Origin: Amphiscolops sp. MND2022
Lineage: Eukaryota
Assembly (NCBI GenBank): GCA_964187785.1
Contig: OZ076414.1
Coordinates: forward strand, 38,936,001 to 39,000,000
Length of the DNA stretch: 64,000 bases
Direction: 5' to 3'
Shown here piece by piece: positions 59,001 through 64,000 of the stretch; within the stretch, counting starts at the first letter, position 1, and the number at the start of each line of letters is the position of its first letter. Below the pieces are notes generated by a model. The model worked only from the letters and a program-made list of their open reading frames with translations. It had not been told where the DNA came from and did not search any database. Position numbers and translations under genes: made by a program.

Positions 59001-60224
59001 TCTATCTTTCAATATACAGTACCATATTATAGGTCTAAAGTAGCTGAGACTCGATGAATCCGGTCGCATAGGACCGATTTTCAATCTATCTTTCAATATA
59101 CAGTACCATACTATAGGTCTAAAGTAGCCAAGATTCTATAGTCGTATAGGACCGATTTTCAATTTTTGCATAAACACAACTGCATAAACATGACATACAT
59201 GATATTCATGGTCGAAGACAAGATGAACCAAGGTTTTCAGGGTCATAGAGTTTCAAGAATTTTAACTTCGTTGGTCAGTATGGATATGTATAAACGCCAT
59301 AAATTGCTTTATATCAAACTTTGCATAATGCAGCTTTGCTTCGATTCATAGATACTCAGTCAGCAGGTAAAAAATGAGTTTACAAGTCATAGACACTCTT
59401 GAATTTGAGTTTCTTATCTCGGATGAATGATTGCCGGAGGAATGAGGTGTCTACAGAAAAAACATATTTCTATAAGTTTGATTTTAGTTGTCTTACACGG
59501 TCAAAAACTTGCACCCAATTGCGAAAAAATTCCAAGTTGAACTGAGTGTATTTCAGATTTTTTTCCATTTTTGAGATTTTACATGTCTTCAGTAAGTGTT
59601 CACGGGGACCTTTTCCATCATTTTTGATGATTGCACGTTTTTAACAACTTTTTTGAACGTTTCGCACCATTTCCGGGTATTTTGAATTTTTTTTAATTTT
59701 TCGATTTTTTGCATGCAGGGTATAGATGGAGGGGGGTGTGTTTACGTTTTTGACAATTTTTTTCGGGTTTCTGACGCCAACGATGCGTTTCATCACATTT
59801 GGGGATATTCCCCACCGTTTCTGTTTTTTTTTGAAAAAAAATTTTTCGATTTTTTTGCAGTAGAGTATGGAGGGGAGGGGGGGAGGTGTGTTTACATTTT
59901 TGACAGTTTTTTATCGTTTCTTTGTTTTTGATGTCAACGATGCGTTTTTTCATTTCTGATTGTTCCAGATACTTTCCCGAGTTTTTGTAAGATTTTCAAT
60001 TTTTTTCAATTTTTGCATGTGGAGGGGGGGGGAGGGAGGGGTATTTCACCAGATTTTCTTGAAATTTTTTTTCTTCAGCACAGCAAGAAAATTTTCTAGA
60101 AAGTGTTTTTAATTACTCGAATTTAAACGTAATTTGTGTTTAGAACTTATTTTAATCATAAATTTTTGGTAAAATTTCAAACCCCCCCCTGCGATTTTCA
60201 ATGAATATATATACACAAACTACT
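53095..60224 (-). repeat. Right arm (~7.1 kb) of the giant inverted repeat
   Basis: Reverse complement of 43928-50949 with scattered SNPs and indels and one extra ~136-bp unit (57180-57500). Confidence 0.95.
54893..55534 (-). CDS. HUH-endonuclease-like protein candidate (open copy)
   Basis: 213 aa frame (probable start MVEAM) with a P-H-Y-H-V-L-F motif and Y-N-V-K about 50 aa downstream. Confidence 0.4.
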   Translation of the reverse strand: MYSQCEVIVSTFVYSFFCRRKMVEAMHEQHPDFFKQHRKNFRYLVLEKEPRIGLDIPSGSNYAFGVHSLTSDYLCGFEKQPHYHVLFECDSSNRKGYNVPCLYSPFCLLLADCSSLVMQGEIMNRLQVAMKYNVKENKTLLAQGRRKVPVVQIRRDKSVQTGFLPTATFSRFQQLIQGPSAATLYRILDILNDGYGSIDTANLYFSIDNSKTL

Positions 60225-63200
60225 CGGGGGTTCGATTCTCGCACTAAACCATAATATTTTTATGCTTCCAAAAGTACAGGTGAGACCAAAGGGTCCCCCC
60301 TTTGGGTTTTTTTCGGCACTCTGCGATTTTTTTCGAAAATTTTCGAATATCATCAAAGGGTACCCCTTGCATTTTTTGAAGTTTTCGGTTTGTAAAAAAC
60401 GTTTAATGGGCCTAAATGACCTCTTTTTGGGTTTTTCGGCACTGTGTGACTTTAATCGAATACTTTAAAAATATATATTTTTTTTTCAAATGCTTCCAAT
60501 AGTTGTTTTCGGCGTAGTGAGACTTTTTTTCGCAAATTTTTCAAATGTCTCCAAAGGGTCCCCCCTTCATTTTTTCCTATTTTTCCAAAGAATGGATGTT
60601 TATAAACTCCCAAATGCCCCCTTTTACATTTGTCGGCACTGTGTGACTTTTTTTCGAAAGAAAAAATTTTCGAAAATTTCAAGTTTTTTTCCAAAAAATT
60701 TTGCGCTTTTTGAGCCTTAGATATAGCGCCGACTTTAGACGTTCCCGTCTTGTTTATTAGTCGGCGCCTTTTCCCTTAAGGAAAAAAGCCCGACTATTAC
60801 AGTGGGTAGTTTTTAGTCGGCGCCTTTTCCTGTAAGGTAAGAAGCCCGACTATTACAGTGGCTAGTTTTTAGTCGGCGCCTTTTCCCTTAAGGAAAAAAG
60901 CCCGACTCTTACAGTGAGTAGTTTTTTTTTTCAGTTGACAATCTCACTCTGAGTGGTCCACTTTTCTTACAATTTTTGTTCATCTTTCATATTTGTTCAT
61001 CTTTCATCTTCGACCCAGCCGGAGAGCGTGGGTTCGAATCCCGCACTAAACCATAAATTTTTTAATGAGTTTTTCGGCATTGTGCGACCTAAAAAATACT
61101 TTTTTTCGAAAAAAAATCAAAATTTTTTTTTTGAAAAAAAATTTTTTTTTCCAAATTTTTCCAATAGTTGTTCCTTGAATATTTTTGAGCCTAACATATG
61201 GCGCCGACTTGGGACGTTCCCGTCTTGTTTTTTTTTCGTCAGACCACAGAGCTCATCGCGTATGTACCACTTTTTACAGAAACTGGTAAGACTACTCAGG
61301 CCAAGTCAGGCCAATGGAAACTTAGTGCAAAGGGTCCCCTCTTTCATTTTTTACCTTTTTTACGTAACCTACAAAACCGGAAAAGACCAAAGGGTCCCCC
61401 TTTTCAATTTTTTCGGCACTACGAAATTTTTTTTCGAAACTTTTTTAAGGTGTCAAGAGTCCCCCCTTCGAGTTTTTTTGATATTTTGCAACAGAATGTA
61501 TGTTAATGAATCCCAAAGGGTCCCCCCTTTTCATTTTTTGGCACTATGTGACATTTTCGAAGTTTTTTTCAAAAAAATTCCAAATTTTCTTTTGTTCCCA
61601 GTCGGGAAACAGTGATTTTCCAGTCATATCGACCATGAAAGGCACACTTTGGGTGTCTCGAAAGTGTTTTCAAAGCTTTTCATGAATTCGTCCTGAGCAT
61701 ATTTAGAAAACTTTGCGCTTCTTGAGCCTTAGATATAGCGCTGACTTTAGACGTTCCCGTCTTGTCTTTAGTCGGCGCCTTTTCCCTTAAGGAAAAAAGC
61801 CCGACTCTTACAGTGAGTAGTTTTTTTTGTTTTTTTTTCAGTTGACAATCTCACTCTGAGTGGTCCACTTTTCTTACAATTTGTTCATCTTTCATGTTTG
61901 TTCATCTTCGACCCAGCCGGAGAGCGTGGGTTCGATTCTCGCACTAAACCATAAATTTTTTAATGCTTCTAAAAGTACAGGTGAGACCGAAGGGTCCCCC
62001 CTTTGGGTTTTTTTTCGGCACTATGCGACTTTTTTCGAAAATTTTTGAAATTTATCAAAGGGTACCCCCTTGCATTTTTTTGAAGTTTTCGGTTTGTAGA
62101 AAACGGTGAATGTGCCTGAATGGCCTCTTTTTGAGTTTTTCGGCATTGTGCGACTTAAAAAATACTTTTTTCGAAAAAAAATTTCAAAAATAATTTTTTT
62201 CAAAAAATTTTTTTTTCAAAATTTTCCAATAGTTGATCCTTGAATATTTTTGAGCCTAAGATATGGCGCCAACTTGGGACGTTCCCGTCTTGTTTCTTTT
62301 TCAGCCTACAATCTCACTCTGAATGGTCCACGTTTCTTACAATCTTTGTTCATTTGTTCAACTAATTTTCTGAGAAGCCGCAGATCGATTCTGGGTTCGA
62401 TTCTCGCACTAAACCACAAATTTTTTATGCTTCCAAAAGTAGATGCGAGACCGAAGGTTTTCTTTCGTTTGATTTTTTTCGTTTTTTTCGGCACTATGAG
62501 ACTTTTTTTCGAAAATTTTCGGATTCTATCAAAGGGTAACCCCCTGCATTTTTTTGAAGTTTTCAGTTTGTAAAAACGTTTAATGAGCCTGAATGGCCTC
62601 TTTTTGAATTTTTCGGCATTGTGCGACTTTTTAAAAAAAATTTCCAAATGTTTCCAATAGTTGTTCTTTGAATATTTTTGAGCCTTAGATATGGCGCCGA
62701 CTTGAGACGATTCCGTCTTGTTTTTTTTTCAGTTGACAATCTCACTCTGAGTGGTCCACTTTTCTTACAATTTTCATAAATTTTTGAAAATCTCTTGATA
62801 ATGGCGCAAAAGTTTGTAACGTCTTTTTACATCATCTGAAAAACTCCACGGTACCTAAGGGTACTCCCTTTGAGTACTTTTCGGCTCTGTGAGACTTTTT
62901 TTCGAAAAAAATTTTTTCCCCAAAGGGTCCCCCTTCAATTTTTTAGTTTTCCGACAGAACGGATGTTGAAAAATCCCAAAGGGTCCCCCCTCTCAGTTTT
63001 TTCGGCATTGTGAGACTTTTTTTCAAATTTTTTTTTCACCAAAAGTGTCCCTCCTTCATTTTTTTAATGATTTGCGACAGAATGGATTTGGTGGTTTCCC
63101 ATCTGGTGCGCCAATTCGGTTCAACTTTTGGGGTTTTCCGGTACCATAGAAGAGAATACTTTGACACTTTGAAGTCCTTTTGCTGTTTTTGACCCTTAGA

Positions 63201-63232
63201 TATGGCGCCAACTTGGGCCGTTCTCGGCTTGT
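60225..63232. repeat. Modular patchwork repeat array (continues on the left at 43480-43927; related pieces at 40680-41200)
   Basis: Reiterated modules TAGTCGGCGCCTTTTCCCTTAAGGAAAAAAGCCCGACT, CAATCTCACTCTGAGTGGTCCAC, GGTTCGATTCTCGCACTAAACC, AAAGGGTCCCCC and GAGCCTTAGATATGGCGCCGACTT. Confidence 0.85.
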
Positions 63233-63701
63233 TTATTATTTCTTCGATAGCAGGAATATTATTGAAACCTCAAGATGTTAACTTTTTTCAGTGAAATTCT
63301 TGGCATGATACTGAATAATTCAGATATTTTGTTCGGCAGTGACTATAAGCGTGAGAATTAAATTTCTTAAGCTGTCGACGACAATTCAATTCTCGTGCGA
63401 TGGAACGAGCGAGTGGTAATTATGCATTCGTACGCTGACGTCATTGGGATGAAGCGATCGAACGAGTGTTAATTATTCGTTCGCGGAGAGCGTCGCCTGC
63501 ATTCAAATGTGAATGCGAAACTTCGTCTACGCTTGGTAGTTATATATGCTTTAGTCCGAGATTTAAAGGCGGTATAAACTGGTACAGTGATTATTTGCGC
63601 ACTAAATAATGATTAAACAGGAGTGTGTTGGTATTCCAGATATGATACTATTATTAATGAAAGATTGAAGTAGAAATAGTATGCCCCGGAGGGGCCTATT
63701 T
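63233..63701 (+). mobile_element. HINE/DINE-like non-autonomous Helentron element (copy 2)
   Basis: Homologous to 28095-28577. SubTIR TATTATTTCT/AGAAATAGTA, hairpin GCCCCGGAGGGGC. Confidence 0.6.
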
Positions 63702-64000
63702 TACAAGATAAACTTTCAGATGACTGCCTATGATTGCTGTCTCAGTTCTTGTGAGCCTGCGTCGGTTTCTGGAAGTGGAGTTGAATTGCTACTTTTGCTT
63801 ACTAACGGCTCCAATATAAGTGTTCCTCTTGCATGGCCGGTTCGATTGCCCAGTGAAACAGTGTTCACCGTTAGATATTTCGGAACAACTCTTCTTGACG
63901 GACGTATGCAAACTGCTTTAATCACAGACTGCTTCATTTCTAATTTGTGCAATATTTTTATGTTTCGCATTTGTGAAGATTCCGTTCGTGAAAGCTACCA

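Larger units (their letters stand above)
43928..60224. mobile_element. Non-autonomous Polinton/Maverick-like element forming a 16.3-kb palindrome, 6-bp TSD CGGGGG
   Basis: Termini AGTAGTTTG.../...CAAACTACT, TSD at 43922-43927 and 60225-60230. The empty site is visible in paralogous repeats (GCCGGAGAGCGTGGGTTCGA at ~61020 and ~61918). Confidence 0.8.

Noticed and set aside
43928-60224. Autonomous Polinton with pPolB/integrase/capsid genes
   Set aside because: The longest ORFs inside the element are ~240 aa and none shows PolB, DDE integrase, ATPase Walker or protease motifs.
63720-64000. Open frames at the window end (plus frame from 63721; minus-strand RPSRRVVPKYL)
   Set aside because: Truncated by the window edge. 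It may be a retrotransposon pol tail but cannot be assigned.

Overview
A TE-dense eukaryotic window, probably from an invertebrate metazoan (species cannot be determined from sequence alone). It has one clear host gene, an intronless MFSD1-like MFS transporter at 29534-31114. The rest is mostly nested mobile DNA: a decayed LINE, BEL/Pao LTR retrotransposons of several lineages, a Copia element, MITEs, Helentron-associated (HINE-like) elements, patchwork repeats, and a near-identical duplication of 1-5146 at 10934-16086. Two observations stand out. (1) Two different BEL/Pao families each carry an antisense JmjC-type (Fe(II)/2-oxoglutarate dioxygenase) gene. In family A it is an open ORF inside the inferred 1.6-kb LTR (three copies). 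In family B it is a very divergent, frameshifted gene between pol and the 3' LTR. This may be a retrotransposon-encoded anti-silencing system. (2) A 16.3-kb element at 43928-60224 has Polinton/Maverick-type ends (AGTAGT...ACTACT, 6-bp TSD CGGGGG). It is almost entirely a palindrome with ~7-kb arms, shows no recognisable core Polinton genes, and carries PC4-like and HUH-like ORFs plus a captured intron-containing TRAF pseudogene in the central spacer. All domain calls were made by eye from motifs and need HMM or structure confirmation.
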